Below, in pieces: positions 10,407 to 20,345 of a stretch of 64,000 nt of DNA. A program made the translations under genes and the position numbers. The stretch is from a phage: assembly GCA_024683775.1 (NCBI GenBank), contig GCA_024683775.1_4106.1, one strand, 5' to 3'. Position 1 is the first letter of the stretch, and the number at the start of each line of letters is the position of its first letter. The notes under the pieces are model-generated. The model did no database searches. It saw only the letters and a program-made list of their open reading frames with translations, and was not told the origin of the DNA.

Positions 10407-10667
10407 ATGACTAAAGTAGTTCGTAAACGCCACATGATGAACATGGATGAATTTCGCACCTTTGACAAATACCGTACTATGTTTCGTATGCTGTCACAGG
10501 GCCGTCCAATCGTCATTGTAACGGAGAATTACATGTCACCTGAGATGATGTTCGGTAATTATGAAAAGGTCTTCATGTTGTACGTGAAGCGTGAATTGCT
10601 AACGATTAAGACCTTAGCTGAAGCTACAGATGAAGATATGGATGGTGATAATACATTTACCATGTGA
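10407..10667 (+). CDS. hypothetical protein
   Basis: 86 aa ORF. Confidence 0.5.
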   Translation: MTKVVRKRHMMNMDEFRTFDKYRTMFRMLSQGRPIVIVTENYMSPEMMFGNYEKVFMLYVKRELLTIKTLAEATDEDMDGDNTFTM

Positions 10668-10745
10668 GGAAATATATGGCAGAAAAACCAAAAGAACCAT
10701 TGGACCGTGATGATGATTTTTACGACGAACGATATGGGGAATCAG

Positions 10746-10997
10746 ATGAGTGAACATCGTGCAGTACTTAAAAAGATTTTAAATGAACTTGGTGATGAGT
10801 TTAATGTTACTGAAGAAGAATATCAATGTTGGAAGAAGGATTTTGAACTCCTTGCTGAGTATGATAAAGTCTTCAATATGATTGGTGTCATTAGCCAGTA
10901 CTTACTTGGTGGTGGTCGAGCCAGTGCTTCAATTCTTGCATCTGCGATCATCTGTACTTCTCGATGGTGCGATGAAAAAAGTCTGGAAGATTTCTAA
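10746..10997 (+). CDS. hypothetical protein (start moved to an internal ATG with SD)
   Basis: ORF frame 10707-10997; gggga SD sits 6 nt before the ATG at 10746. Confidence 0.5.
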   Translation: MSEHRAVLKKILNELGDEFNVTEEEYQCWKKDFELLAEYDKVFNMIGVISQYLLGGGRASASILASAIICTSRWCDEKSLEDF

Positions 10998-11049
10998 ATA
11001 AGATGCTATAATGTATTATAGTACCTTAACAATATAAAAAGGATTTTAT

Positions 11050-11910
11050 ATGAAACCTATCAGAGTACTGTCACTTTTTAATGGAATGAGCGTTGGATAT
11101 ATGGCATTGGCAGATGCAGGTATTCCAGTTGAAAAATATTACTCATCTGAAATTGACAAGTACGCAATTGCTGAATCTTCCGAGAATTTTCCTGATATTA
11201 TCCAGTTAGGTGATGTGACTAAGTGGAAAGAATGGGATATTGAGTGGGATAAGATAGATTTACTCATGGGAGGATTCCCATGTCAAGCCTGGTCTGTTGC
11301 TGGTAAGCAAGGTGGCTTGAATGATATACGTGGACAGTTATTTTTGGTTATGGTTGATATTTTTGAGCACATCAAAAGTGTAAATCCAAACTTGCAATTT
11401 CTGTTCGAGAATGTTAAAATGAAGGAAGATTTCAAAGAATACATTAATAGTATTTTAGGAATCACACCAGTACTGATAAATTCCCAGCATTATACGCCTC
11501 ACTTCAGGCAGAGATACTACTGGTGCAGTACTGATAAGCTTTTTATACCACCTGCATTATCAAATGCCCCTAAACTTCAAGATATCATTGAAGATGGTTG
11601 GTATACTGACAGAACCGCTTCGTACTGTATAGATGCTAACTATTTTAAGGGTGGTGATTGTAACCAGTACTTTAATAAATCAAGACGACAGTTGGTGTTT
11701 CGTGACCCAACGATTAATCGTCAATATCTATTGGAGAATGGTAAAAGAAATATTGACTATAGACACTTAAGTGTAGTAGAATGTTGTAAATTACAGGGTA
11801 TTCCTGTAGATTTCTTTAAAGTGTCTAGTAAGACACAAGCATACAAAATGCTTGGGAATGGATGGACTATGCCAGTTATATCACACTTACTAAGAGAGAT
11901 ATTCTTTTGA
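11050..11910 (+). CDS. DNA (cytosine-5)-methyltransferase, apparently orphan
   Basis: 286 aa; m5C motifs LFNGMSVGYMAL (I), GGFPCQAWS (IV), ENV (VI), GNGWTMPV (X); no restriction endonuclease partner recognised nearby. Confidence 0.85.
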   Translation: MKPIRVLSLFNGMSVGYMALADAGIPVEKYYSSEIDKYAIAESSENFPDIIQLGDVTKWKEWDIEWDKIDLLMGGFPCQAWSVAGKQGGLNDIRGQLFLVMVDIFEHIKSVNPNLQFLFENVKMKEDFKEYINSILGITPVLINSQHYTPHFRQRYYWCSTDKLFIPPALSNAPKLQDIIEDGWYTDRTASYCIDANYFKGGDCNQYFNKSRRQLVFRDPTINRQYLLENGKRNIDYRHLSVVECCKLQGIPVDFFKVSSKTQAYKMLGNGWTMPVISHLLREIFF

Positions 11911-11912
11911 AC

Positions 11913-12392
11913 ATGAAGAACTACCCCACCTATACTGAACGTGTAATGAAATTTCAACGTCAGTCATCAAAGGAAGAATTAGAATTTAATTTGTACTATC
12001 CTAATATTGGTGATGAGGTATTCTATTGTTCTCATACAAAGAATGGAACTTTACTTAAATCTGGTAAAGGTATTATTGTTGATATGATTAGCACTTTCAA
12101 AGGTAAACTTAATGTAATGTACAAAGTACAAGATTCAAGTACTGAGTGCATTCATGAAGTGATGCATAATATACCTGCATATCCAAAGGATTTTGTTGAG
12201 CTAATATCTCGAAGGGAGAAACCTATGTTTTATTGTGGTTATGACAAACTAACCAAACAAATTATTCCTAATACTATGGGAAAATTTAAAAGTGATGTTA
12301 AAACTGAACTTAATAAGAAATTAGGTTCATCATGGGAAACTGAAAACGAATTCATCGAAATTCGTTTGATTGAAGTTACTATACTCGATTAA
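11913..12392 (+). CDS. hypothetical protein
   Basis: ORF frame 11862-12392; first ATG after the methyltransferase stop is 11913. Confidence 0.5.
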   Translation: MKNYPTYTERVMKFQRQSSKEELEFNLYYPNIGDEVFYCSHTKNGTLLKSGKGIIVDMISTFKGKLNVMYKVQDSSTECIHEVMHNIPAYPKDFVELISRREKPMFYCGYDKLTKQIIPNTMGKFKSDVKTELNKKLGSSWETENEFIEIRLIEVTILD

Positions 12393-12397
12393 TTACA

Positions 12398-12421
12398 GAT
12401 CCACGCTATGCGTGGATTTTT
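12398..12421 (+). terminator. rho-independent terminator
   Basis: atccacgc-tat-gcgtggat perfect 8-bp stem followed by TTTTT. Confidence 0.55.
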
Positions 12422-12434
12422 CATAGGTGCATAT

Positions 12435-12950
12435 ATGACAGTTCCTTATGTTAAAATTATTAATAATATCCTTGATTCGTGGGAAGATGTTATTACTGGT
12501 AAAAAGAACCCAATGCCAGTACACGCACTAACCGGAAGACTACAATTCAGAACGTCAAACAAAACTGAAACTTTTAATAATCATGATGTTCACATTACTA
12601 TAAAATCACCTGTACGTATTGTAATTAAAAAAAATCAAGATGATGAATTGACATTATCTATTGGTAGTGATAAAATCATTTTGAGTAATTTATCCGAAGA
12701 AGAATTCTTTCAACGTAGTACTATCATCGATATGAAAGATTTCACATATGAATCATTGGTTGAACTCAATACACGTTTCAACGATATTCAGGAACGATTG
12801 CGACCAATCCTCGGTAAAGAAGAGGAAGCCTGGAATGAAAGTGTGAGAAAGATGCAAGAAATGTTGAAAGAAAATATTAACAATCTGGGTAAAGCTACAA
12901 TGGAATTTGGTAAATCTTTTAAACTGAACTTTTCAAAGGATCGTAAATGA
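12435..12950 (+). CDS. FQxS-signature family protein
   Basis: start set at the ATG after the terminator hairpin (SD aggtg); motif EEEFFQRSTIID. Confidence 0.55.
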   Translation: MTVPYVKIINNILDSWEDVITGKKNPMPVHALTGRLQFRTSNKTETFNNHDVHITIKSPVRIVIKKNQDDELTLSIGSDKIILSNLSEEEFFQRSTIIDMKDFTYESLVELNTRFNDIQERLRPILGKEEEAWNESVRKMQEMLKENINNLGKATMEFGKSFKLNFSKDRK

Positions 12951-13402
12951 AAATTGATAATTTGATTCATGTCTTAGGGACTTTACATAAAATATTATCT
13001 CATGTAGATGAGATAAAGAAACTGGGACTTAACATCTCAAATTCAATTGAAACTACATTTAAATATCAATCAATTACTGGTGATGGTTATTACATAATCG
13101 AATATACTTATGAAACCGATCCAGACTTCTATCCTCTTACGTTGAGAATTTATCCAACAAATCCGAGAGGAATTCACGACATATCATCAATTTCACTTGA
13201 TCCAGATGGTGAAACGAGTATTGAATACAATAATGATTCAAAACCAGAATTTTACATTGATGATATTAAAAAGTTGTTCAATGATGAATATGTTTTCCAA
13301 CAAAGTACTGTGCATGATGTTGGTAGTACTACTGGGCAATTTTGGAATACATGTTATTATCATATGATTGAAATTTGTAAATTACTAAAAGGTGTTGAAT
13401 AA
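12947..13402 (+). CDS. FQxS-signature family protein
   Basis: 151 aa; motif DEYVFQQSTVHD. Confidence 0.6.
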   Translation: MKIDNLIHVLGTLHKILSHVDEIKKLGLNISNSIETTFKYQSITGDGYYIIEYTYETDPDFYPLTLRIYPTNPRGIHDISSISLDPDGETSIEYNNDSKPEFYIDDIKKLFNDEYVFQQSTVHDVGSTTGQFWNTCYYHMIEICKLLKGVE

Positions 13403-13785
13403 TGAAATACTGCATTGAAGTACATTACACTACAGGTGATACTGAAAATTGTTATGACGTTCTTAATACAATTGATATTCAATGGTCTTCTAAAGAGGAA
13501 GCAGTTGCTGCTTTACAGTGCCTAAAAGAGCATTGGGTGTTTTATATGAAGCAAGATAATTGCTATACAAAAGAACACGAAACGATCATGGAAAATGCTA
13601 AACAAAAAGAGTGGTTTGACCCAATATCACCAGAATATTCATTCTTAGTTAAAGTTGGTGATGTGACAGTTCCATTACGAACACCGTGGAACGGCTACTT
13701 TGAAACTCTTCATAATGCACGAGTTGTCGCTGTTGATAACCCTGAACAAATCGATTTCGATTCATTGGACTGGAAAAAACTATGA
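13402..13785 (+). CDS. hypothetical protein
   Basis: 127 aa ORF. Confidence 0.55.
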   Translation: MKYCIEVHYTTGDTENCYDVLNTIDIQWSSKEEAVAALQCLKEHWVFYMKQDNCYTKEHETIMENAKQKEWFDPISPEYSFLVKVGDVTVPLRTPWNGYFETLHNARVVAVDNPEQIDFDSLDWKKL

Positions 13786-14225
13786 CAGTACTGCACCGAT
13801 TGAAGAAGGTTAAGCATCCAGTTGTATATGAGGACTGGAAACGACAGAAGTTGCTGGGTGATTTTTATTACCCAAAATCTAAAGTTCTTGCGAATTCAAG
13901 ATGTACATATTGCACACATAATGATAAAGATACAGTATTTGTCGAAATGGGTTTCCATCCATCAAACACAATGTTCACTACTAACCAAACGTTTTACAAA
14001 TTTCATATACAAAAAGATTCATTTACTGTTATGATTATAAAACATTTAGTTGAAGATCTGGCATTCAGTGAAGAACGAGTACCTTTATCATTAGTGGATA
14101 TTCCTTATAATAATTTAGAGGAAATGTACTTCCAACAGTTGACAGTACAAGAAAACTTTGGTATGATAGGACTTCAAGAGTTAGAGATGATTAAGCAAAT
14201 TCGTGATATCTACTTTAAGGAGTAA
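13782..14225 (+). CDS. FQxS-signature family protein
   Basis: 147 aa; motif EEMYFQQLTVQE. Confidence 0.6.
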   Translation: MTVLHRLKKVKHPVVYEDWKRQKLLGDFYYPKSKVLANSRCTYCTHNDKDTVFVEMGFHPSNTMFTTNQTFYKFHIQKDSFTVMIIKHLVEDLAFSEERVPLSLVDIPYNNLEEMYFQQLTVQENFGMIGLQELEMIKQIRDIYFKE

Positions 14226-14227
14226 CT

Positions 14228-14371
14228 ATGCCAGTACGTAACAGTACTTCACGCTTTACGCTTCAACAGAAAGCAGATCTTTTGAATATGGCAAACAAAG
14301 ATTCTAATTTTCACTATCTAGTACTCGGTGGTTCAGTTGAAAAGATTGACCTACGTGAGTGTATGAAATAA
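14228..14371 (+). CDS. possible mini-protein (47 aa)
   Basis: my translation MPVRNSTSRFTLQQKADLLNMANKD...; fills an intergenic gap; below ORF-track cutoff. Confidence 0.3.
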   Translation: MPVRNSTSRFTLQQKADLLNMANKDSNFHYLVLGGSVEKIDLRECMK

Positions 14372-14387
14372 CAAAAAGGGGACTAAA

Positions 14388-14558
14388 ATGAGTCTACGTG
14401 AATCATGGGAACAATTTAAAGAAGAGATTGGTTATCGTGGTGTCAAAATCGAACCAATCAATCGCACCGAAAGCATCAAAGCTAGTACTAATGGCACTAC
14501 CTATGATCGTTATGATGAAAAGTATGGTTTACATTCTAAACCAAAGGATACTGAGTAA
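14388..14558 (+). CDS. possible mini-protein (56 aa)
   Basis: strong SD aaaagggga; MSLRESWEQFKEEIGYRGVKIEP... Confidence 0.4.
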   Translation: MSLRESWEQFKEEIGYRGVKIEPINRTESIKASTNGTTYDRYDEKYGLHSKPKDTE

Positions 14559-14701
14559 TGGTGTATACTAATATTTTTACTGGTATTATGCGTAAGTTTG
14601 TTAATGGTATTGGATATGTATCCAATGACAACGGTAGTACATGGGTAAAAAATAATACGTCAGAATCTTTAGTGAAAAGTCTTCCGTATTATAAAGCTTG
14701 A
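14558..14701 (+). CDS. possible mini-protein (47 aa)
   Basis: TAATG-coupled to the preceding mini-ORF. Confidence 0.3.
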   Translation: MVYTNIFTGIMRKFVNGIGYVSNDNGSTWVKNNTSESLVKSLPYYKA

Positions 14702-14743
14702 CACATGAAAATGGAGTATGTATAATACTCCTATATTAATCAA

Positions 14744-15331
14744 ATGAGGATATACGAAATGGCTGGTGTTGATAAAATTTGTGAATTCAGTGGCGATTAT
14801 GAAGGTTACGAAATGTACAAGTCCAAGCGTAATCACATTCAAGTTCTGTCAAAGTACCGTAAAGAATTCCGAGGACACAAAGCAACATTGTATGTTTTTG
14901 AGAATGGATATTCTGAAGTTTTCACAAGTGGTGGGTATAGTACAGCTAACATGGCACATATCAACCCAAACCCAACTGAAGATGATTGGAATAGTGGTAA
15001 CGCTTTTCGTATTTCAATTTTGAATAAAATGAATCGTTACGACCGTTATTGTACATTCTTTGAAAATATTTCAGAATACAAGCAAGCATTAAAGAAATAT
15101 AATCAACGCTTACTAATGAATTATGATTACATTCTTCATGTTCCTACTGTTCCAGGTCAGGTTAATGGTCTGTATACGAACAGTACACATGATTTAACTG
15201 CGGTGAAGCGTCGCCTCAAACGTATGTTGGGTTGTGGTAATTTAACAATCAAGGTTATGCGTAATGAATCAATGTATAACTTTTTAAATGTACTACAATA
15301 CACATTGAAGGATAATAATGGAAACGATTAA
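14744..15331 (+). CDS. hypothetical protein
   Basis: 195 aa ORF. Confidence 0.6.
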   Translation: MRIYEMAGVDKICEFSGDYEGYEMYKSKRNHIQVLSKYRKEFRGHKATLYVFENGYSEVFTSGGYSTANMAHINPNPTEDDWNSGNAFRISILNKMNRYDRYCTFFENISEYKQALKKYNQRLLMNYDYILHVPTVPGQVNGLYTNSTHDLTAVKRRLKRMLGCGNLTIKVMRNESMYNFLNVLQYTLKDNNGND

Positions 15332-15515
15332 GTTTATGTTTGAGGTGTTTGTTGCATTCATCTTATGTGCTGTATCTATTGCTATTGCTTTAATCCCAGT
15401 AATCGTTTACCAAGTTAATGGTGGTACAGACCCAACAGTTGATCTGTTTCTTCGTTGCGTGGGATTCTGCATATGGTTGGCGATGTTTATGTACTATATG
15501 CATCGTGAGGATTGA
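15318..15515 (+). CDS. hypothetical small membrane protein
   Basis: 65 aa, two TM helices. Confidence 0.5.
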   Translation: METIKFMFEVFVAFILCAVSIAIALIPVIVYQVNGGTDPTVDLFLRCVGFCIWLAMFMYYMHRED

Positions 15516-16348
15516 TTATGTCATTGGAAAAAGTAATTATTTCTGAATTCCGAAAGTACATCATTGATTGTGATAGAGATACCCAGCGTAAGTTCAATGA
15601 GTATCTTGACAAATATCCATATTTGATGTTTAATCCATTTGAAACTCAATCCGATGTTAATCTTGGATTTTACATTGGGTTTACACAACGAATTCTACAA
15701 CAATATGAGATGAAACAGCCAGAGGTTTGGGTAGAAACTGATTCGAATGAGACGAATGTTTTTTATCTGTACTCTTATTATGCGGAAATTGTTAGTTCAA
15801 TGACGCTAGAAGGGTATCTATTCGTCAAAACATCTGATATTGAAAAAATATACATAGAACCTGTATCTTTGGATATGGTTGCCCAGCTTCCAACAGTTCA
15901 ATATTTGGATGCAAATGAGTTGACATATTCGGTGTTTGAGTACCTTAACCGAGACGATTTAACTCAAGAAATTGAGAATATGGTTTCAAAATATACCACA
16001 ACTCTTATATCTAATGGTTCACTTAGAATAGAACTGATTTACGACGATACTAGTACTAATGCAGTACGAGGAACTCGAATTGGAAAAGTTACTATACGTG
16101 TTGTCCACAATGATGTAGTACTTGGTTATATTTCGAAACGTGGTCATGACTTGTGTTTGATTAACACATATGTTATTGAACGAAAAGAATGGAACGATTT
16201 AATGCAAAAAATCGTAGACGGAAGTGGAATTCGTGATATAATGTGTAATGAGGTAGTGACAATTAATCCTGACATTGACTGTGATGTATATTTCCCAGTT
16301 CCTGGATTTACTCTACGTAATTTTGGTACATTAAAGGGTACAAAATGA
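15512..16348 (+). CDS. hypothetical protein
   Basis: 278 aa ORF. Confidence 0.6.
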   Translation: MIMSLEKVIISEFRKYIIDCDRDTQRKFNEYLDKYPYLMFNPFETQSDVNLGFYIGFTQRILQQYEMKQPEVWVETDSNETNVFYLYSYYAEIVSSMTLEGYLFVKTSDIEKIYIEPVSLDMVAQLPTVQYLDANELTYSVFEYLNRDDLTQEIENMVSKYTTTLISNGSLRIELIYDDTSTNAVRGTRIGKVTIRVVHNDVVLGYISKRGHDLCLINTYVIERKEWNDLMQKIVDGSGIRDIMCNEVVTINPDIDCDVYFPVPGFTLRNFGTLKGTK

Positions 16349-16635
16349 AAATTTTAGAAGTCTTACTTGAAAAGGATGCATCTGGCACACTTTATGTTGG
16401 TAATGAGTTCAGTCCTGATCCAATTGATATGATGCAGCGTATTCAAACACTGACCCAATCAATTTCAGTTAAACAACCTTTCCTAAAAGAATTGGAAATT
16501 CACTGCGATAAAGATATGGAACAACATGATAATGTTATTTCTGATATCAAAAGTCTATTGACAAAGAATGGATATGTGGAGTATAATCCTTCTATCGTAA
16601 TCGTTATCCCTGACTTTATGAAAGGAACCTTGTAA
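16345..16635 (+). CDS. hypothetical protein
   Basis: 96 aa ORF. Confidence 0.55.
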   Translation: MKILEVLLEKDASGTLYVGNEFSPDPIDMMQRIQTLTQSISVKQPFLKELEIHCDKDMEQHDNVISDIKSLLTKNGYVEYNPSIVIVIPDFMKGTL

Positions 16636-16904
16636 TGACTAAAGAAGAAATGAAATCTCGCCTAAGCGAACTTAAGAAAGAACGAAAACTAGTCCGTTTG
16701 GACTGGGACATTCTTAACAAAAAAGATGAGCAATCATATGCTAACTGGAGTTCCGATAAAGTTCGTAACGACCGTTCCAAAGAAGACGCTAAACAGTTTA
16801 TGGCATTGACCAAACGTTTATCCTCACTGAACAGTGAAATTACAGGTCTTCAAAAGGAAATTATTTCAATTCTTCAATCGGAGATTAACTCACTGTATGA
16901 ATAA
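16635..16904 (+). CDS. hypothetical coiled-coil protein
   Basis: 89 aa ORF. Confidence 0.5.
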   Translation: MTKEEMKSRLSELKKERKLVRLDWDILNKKDEQSYANWSSDKVRNDRSKEDAKQFMALTKRLSSLNSEITGLQKEIISILQSEINSLYE

Positions 16905-17193
16905 GCATGAAGTGATTCATTTTGATGGTAAGATTTATGTACCAAACAATGATAGTACTGAATCTTATTATCTAATCAATGCAATTATGTCAGAAACACA
17001 AACATGTTGCCGTCAGCGTCCAGGTGAGTATGAGTTCAGTCAGACCATTGGTTATTATCGTTATACTGAACTTGATAAATTTACAATCGATTCTAAAAAA
17101 GTTATTGACGTTCTCACGAAGAACGGATATAATGAATCCGAATCAAACGAAACAGAGTTACCAGTTGTGAAATTTGTTCTAAAAAATAATTAA
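16897..17193 (+). CDS. hypothetical protein
   Basis: ORF frame 16834-17193; start set to the ATG overlapping the upstream stop. Confidence 0.5.
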   Translation: MNKHEVIHFDGKIYVPNNDSTESYYLINAIMSETQTCCRQRPGEYEFSQTIGYYRYTELDKFTIDSKKVIDVLTKNGYNESESNETELPVVKFVLKNN

Positions 17194-17310
17194 TTTTTGG
17201 GACAACGCTGAAAAGCATGATATAATGTATATTATCGGCAGATGTAAAAATGCAAACCATTCCTCAATGATGAGGGTTTTTCATAAAAAAGAAATAAAAG
17301 GGTATTAAAA

Positions 17311-17520
17311 ATGGCTAAAGAAACTAACGCACAAGTACTAGATATCACCGACTTCGACCGCACTGTGAACTACATTCAGTTCCAGATTCATCAAGCTGAA
17401 GAAGCTCTCGCAGTATTCCACGGTACTGGTGCAAGGCCAATCCGTTTTGCTCATCTAATTGCATGGAAGAAAAGTCTACAAGAAGAACTTTCTGAACTGC
17501 GTAAAGCAAACCGTAAGTAA
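17311..17520 (+). CDS. hypothetical protein
   Basis: 69 aa ORF followed by a terminator. Confidence 0.55.
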   Translation: MAKETNAQVLDITDFDRTVNYIQFQIHQAEEALAVFHGTGARPIRFAHLIAWKKSLQEELSELRKANRK

Positions 17521-17526
17521 TTGATT

Positions 17527-17556
17527 TCCCGCCTCATCAATGTTGATGGGGCTTTT
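17527..17556 (+). terminator. rho-independent terminator
   Basis: gcctcatcaa...ttgatggggc hairpin followed by TTTTTT. Confidence 0.5.
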
Positions 17557-17585
17557 TTAATAAAATACAAACTGAGGATATATTA

Positions 17586-18092
17586 ATGAGTGTTGAATAT
17601 TGGTTTTTGTTTATATGTCTTGGTACACTAGTACTGATTACATTGGGCTTAATCTTCAATACGGTAATCAGTGGTAGTAATTACTTCAAGTCCTTTCAAC
17701 TTCTAATGTCAGCTATGCAGTACAGTGACGAGGCAGAAGAAACCACTACATTGATTTTGAATAAACTTGAAGCTAACTTACTGGTTGCTAAAATTTCTTC
17801 GTGTAATACAAATATTGTATTTTATGCATCACCCGTGGACATTAATGGGTACGAAATGAGTTACCAGCCAGCCGTTGCTGAAATTTTTATTGGTTCTAAG
17901 TATTATGCATATGGATATATCCGAAAGTATTATACTGAAGCAAAAGCCGAGCTAACAAAGAAACGACCGTCAATTAAGACATTAAAGCGTATCATCGCAC
18001 TAGAAAAGAAACTACGAGGTGATGTGACAAAAAATGATTCACCCACTGTAGTAAATACAAAGAAAAAAAATAACGTAGTGGAGTTGGATTAA
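17586..18092 (+). CDS. hypothetical membrane-anchored protein
   Basis: 168 aa, N-terminal TM. Confidence 0.55.
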   Translation: MSVEYWFLFICLGTLVLITLGLIFNTVISGSNYFKSFQLLMSAMQYSDEAEETTTLILNKLEANLLVAKISSCNTNIVFYASPVDINGYEMSYQPAVAEIFIGSKYYAYGYIRKYYTEAKAELTKKRPSIKTLKRIIALEKKLRGDVTKNDSPTVVNTKKKNNVVELD

Positions 18093-18397
18093 TGGACGCA
18101 GATAAATCAAACAGTATTCTTATTGATGTACAAACGAAGTTATTAGATGTTATGGAAATCATCAAAGATTTACCACAAGGATATCAGTTTAAAGTTCGTG
18201 AAATGTTATCTTGTGCAGAAACGGTTGTGTCTATGTACAATGATGTGCAGCATGGAATTATCCCTGAAATTCTTCAAGATGGTCTAAATATTAACACAAA
18301 GATTCCAGCACAAGAGCCTGAAGAGGTTGTTCAGCCTGAACCAGAACCTCCTTTACGTAAAGTACTGGATCTGTCTGGCATCAAAATTAACATCTAA
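18092..18397 (+). CDS. hypothetical protein
   Basis: 101 aa ORF. Confidence 0.55.
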   Translation: MDADKSNSILIDVQTKLLDVMEIIKDLPQGYQFKVREMLSCAETVVSMYNDVQHGIIPEILQDGLNINTKIPAQEPEEVVQPEPEPPLRKVLDLSGIKINI

Positions 18398-18419
18398 AAT
18401 ACATTCAATAGGAGAAGTA

Positions 18420-18569
18420 ATGAGTAATCAAAAAATCGACTTAGTAGTAAAACTTCAAGAGATTCAAGCACTAGCTAAAGAACTTGATGAAAAACGTGCA
18501 GCAGCAGTTGATTCACTGTGTGCAACAATCCTGACTGTTTTTGCAGATTACGAAAAGAAATCTGATTAA
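18420..18569 (+). CDS. hypothetical small protein (49 aa)
   Basis: SD ataggagaagtaATG; ORF frame 18327-18569. Confidence 0.45.
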   Translation: MSNQKIDLVVKLQEIQALAKELDEKRAAAVDSLCATILTVFADYEKKSD

Positions 18570-18579
18570 ACATTACTTT

Positions 18580-18608
18580 ATACCCAGTCTAGTACTGGGT
18601 ATTTTTTT
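18580..18608 (+). terminator. rho-independent terminator
   Basis: tacccagt-ctagt-actgggta hairpin followed by TTTTTTT. Confidence 0.55.
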
Positions 18609-18619
18609 AAGGAAATAAA

Positions 18620-19012
18620 ATGACTGAATCTGAACTACGTGAAATGATAGATTTCATTTATGAAATGGTGCAAGATAAAAATAACATCAATACAATTATT
18701 TCTGGTCCAAGACAAATTGGTAACCAAATGACATATTCTTTATCTTTGTGGATAAACCAGAACTACAAAGTTGATTGTTTGTATTTTCGTCCTGATATTG
18801 ATGCTTATTATTTTGTAAATCATGATGCATTAATGAAACCAAATAAGCGTCCAGTTGATGATGCCTTTGTGACGCACCCATTTTATCTGGCTGATTCCGA
18901 AGAAGATGAGTTTCAAAAGAACACAACGTTAAGCCCAGGTGAAATTTGCATCCCTTACACACTAAAAGATAAAATGATTTACATCACAGAAGTTATGAAA
19001 ACATGCTGGTAA
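18620..19012 (+). CDS. hypothetical protein (weak FQ-family match)
   Basis: 130 aa; motif EEDEFQKNTTLS. Confidence 0.55.
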   Translation: MTESELREMIDFIYEMVQDKNNINTIISGPRQIGNQMTYSLSLWINQNYKVDCLYFRPDIDAYYFVNHDALMKPNKRPVDDAFVTHPFYLADSEEDEFQKNTTLSPGEICIPYTLKDKMIYITEVMKTCW

Positions 19013-19060
19013 GTGCAATGAAACTCTGATATAATACAAATAATGATAATAGGAGGATAT

Positions 19061-19279
19061 ATGAAATTTATTAATTTTGATATTTCTAAGGTCAAAGAAT
19101 TATTTGTAAGAAATGCAGTTTATGATATCATGTTACATAACGGTACTGTACAAGAAGATGTTGTATTGTTTTCGTTTGATGGTGAAAATCTCGAAACTAT
19201 ATATAAATTCAGCAACTTAGATGGTGACTTTTGGGAAACCAGTGCTGTTAAAATGTATAGAATTAAAAAGGAGCATTAA
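19061..19279 (+). CDS. hypothetical protein
   Basis: SD aggagg before the ATG at 19061. Confidence 0.5.
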   Translation: MKFINFDISKVKELFVRNAVYDIMLHNGTVQEDVVLFSFDGENLETIYKFSNLDGDFWETSAVKMYRIKKEH

Positions 19280-19280
19280 T

Positions 19281-19769
19281 ATGCCAATTCGTGGTGTCCC
19301 AGAACCATTAACTGAAGTTATTAAGCATGTTCGCATTGGAGATCGAGAAGTTAATCTGCGACGTGGTAATATATATTACTTTAAAACTTCAGATATGAGT
19401 TCTGTGCAGATTGTCATTGGTACATCTATTATGATTACTCGCGTACTTGATGGTAGTACTGACTTCGTTGGGTACAATGTACTTACTAATAAAGTAACAC
19501 ATACATATAAATGGAGTGGATATAAAACTATTAAGTATGAATTTGACTTAGCTAGAACTGAAGAAGAACGATTTATGCTGAGTACTATCAATCCAGCAAA
19601 CTATCCAGATCTTGATGCATTTTTGCTAATTTTAAAATTGTATAATGAAGCAAATCAGAAAGCTAAAGAGTATGATAGAATCATGTATGAACGCCGAAAA
19701 GAACGTGCACAAAAAAGTTATGATCTGTATGATAGCCCATACGTGAAATATAGTAAGGGGTCGAAATGA
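19281..19769 (+). CDS. FQxS-signature family protein (FMLS variant)
   Basis: motif EEERFMLSTINP; SD aaggag. Confidence 0.55.
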   Translation: MPIRGVPEPLTEVIKHVRIGDREVNLRRGNIYYFKTSDMSSVQIVIGTSIMITRVLDGSTDFVGYNVLTNKVTHTYKWSGYKTIKYEFDLARTEEERFMLSTINPANYPDLDAFLLILKLYNEANQKAKEYDRIMYERRKERAQKSYDLYDSPYVKYSKGSK

Positions 19770-20170
19770 ATAAAGAAGTTCAAATTATCATAACTCCACC
19801 TATACAAAGTCTGGATGTATCCATTAGTGATTTTTTGGAAAAATACTATGAATGGTTTAATGAAGATTCAGTAATTTATAACCATTCATTACCTGATGGT
19901 TTCGTTGAGCTTATTGAATTAAATGCCAAATCACTATACTTCTGTGTTGAATACAATGATTATATGACAGATGAAGCATATCGTTTTCGTTGTACATTGT
20001 ATCCTAACCATTTTTCCATTGGTTATAAAGACTATCAGTACTGCACCACAAACTATAGTGTAGAGGAAGAATTTCAGTACAATTTACTTTATCCTGATTT
20101 AGATTATACGATTGCAGTACTGTTGACTAAAATCATGGATTTTTATAAAGATAAATATAATGCATCCTAA
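19766..20170 (+). CDS. hypothetical protein (weak FQ-family match)
   Basis: 134 aa; motif EEEFQYNLLYPD. Confidence 0.5.
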   Translation: MNKEVQIIITPPIQSLDVSISDFLEKYYEWFNEDSVIYNHSLPDGFVELIELNAKSLYFCVEYNDYMTDEAYRFRCTLYPNHFSIGYKDYQYCTTNYSVEEEFQYNLLYPDLDYTIAVLLTKIMDFYKDKYNAS

Positions 20171-20345
20171 GACATTTGATGAGTGGTTTAATCTACACTA
20201 TAATATAAATGCAGCAGATATATACTATTTTAAGCTTGAATTGTATATATCATTGCGTAACCCAATCGAATACTATAACAACATCATCAATTGTGATGAT
20301 TTTGGTACATATTTTAGTATAGCAGTCATGGACAAAATAAGATGA
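20160..20345 (+). CDS. hypothetical protein
   Basis: 61 aa ORF. Confidence 0.45.
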   Translation: MHPKTFDEWFNLHYNINAADIYYFKLELYISLRNPIEYYNNIINCDDFGTYFSIAVMDKIR

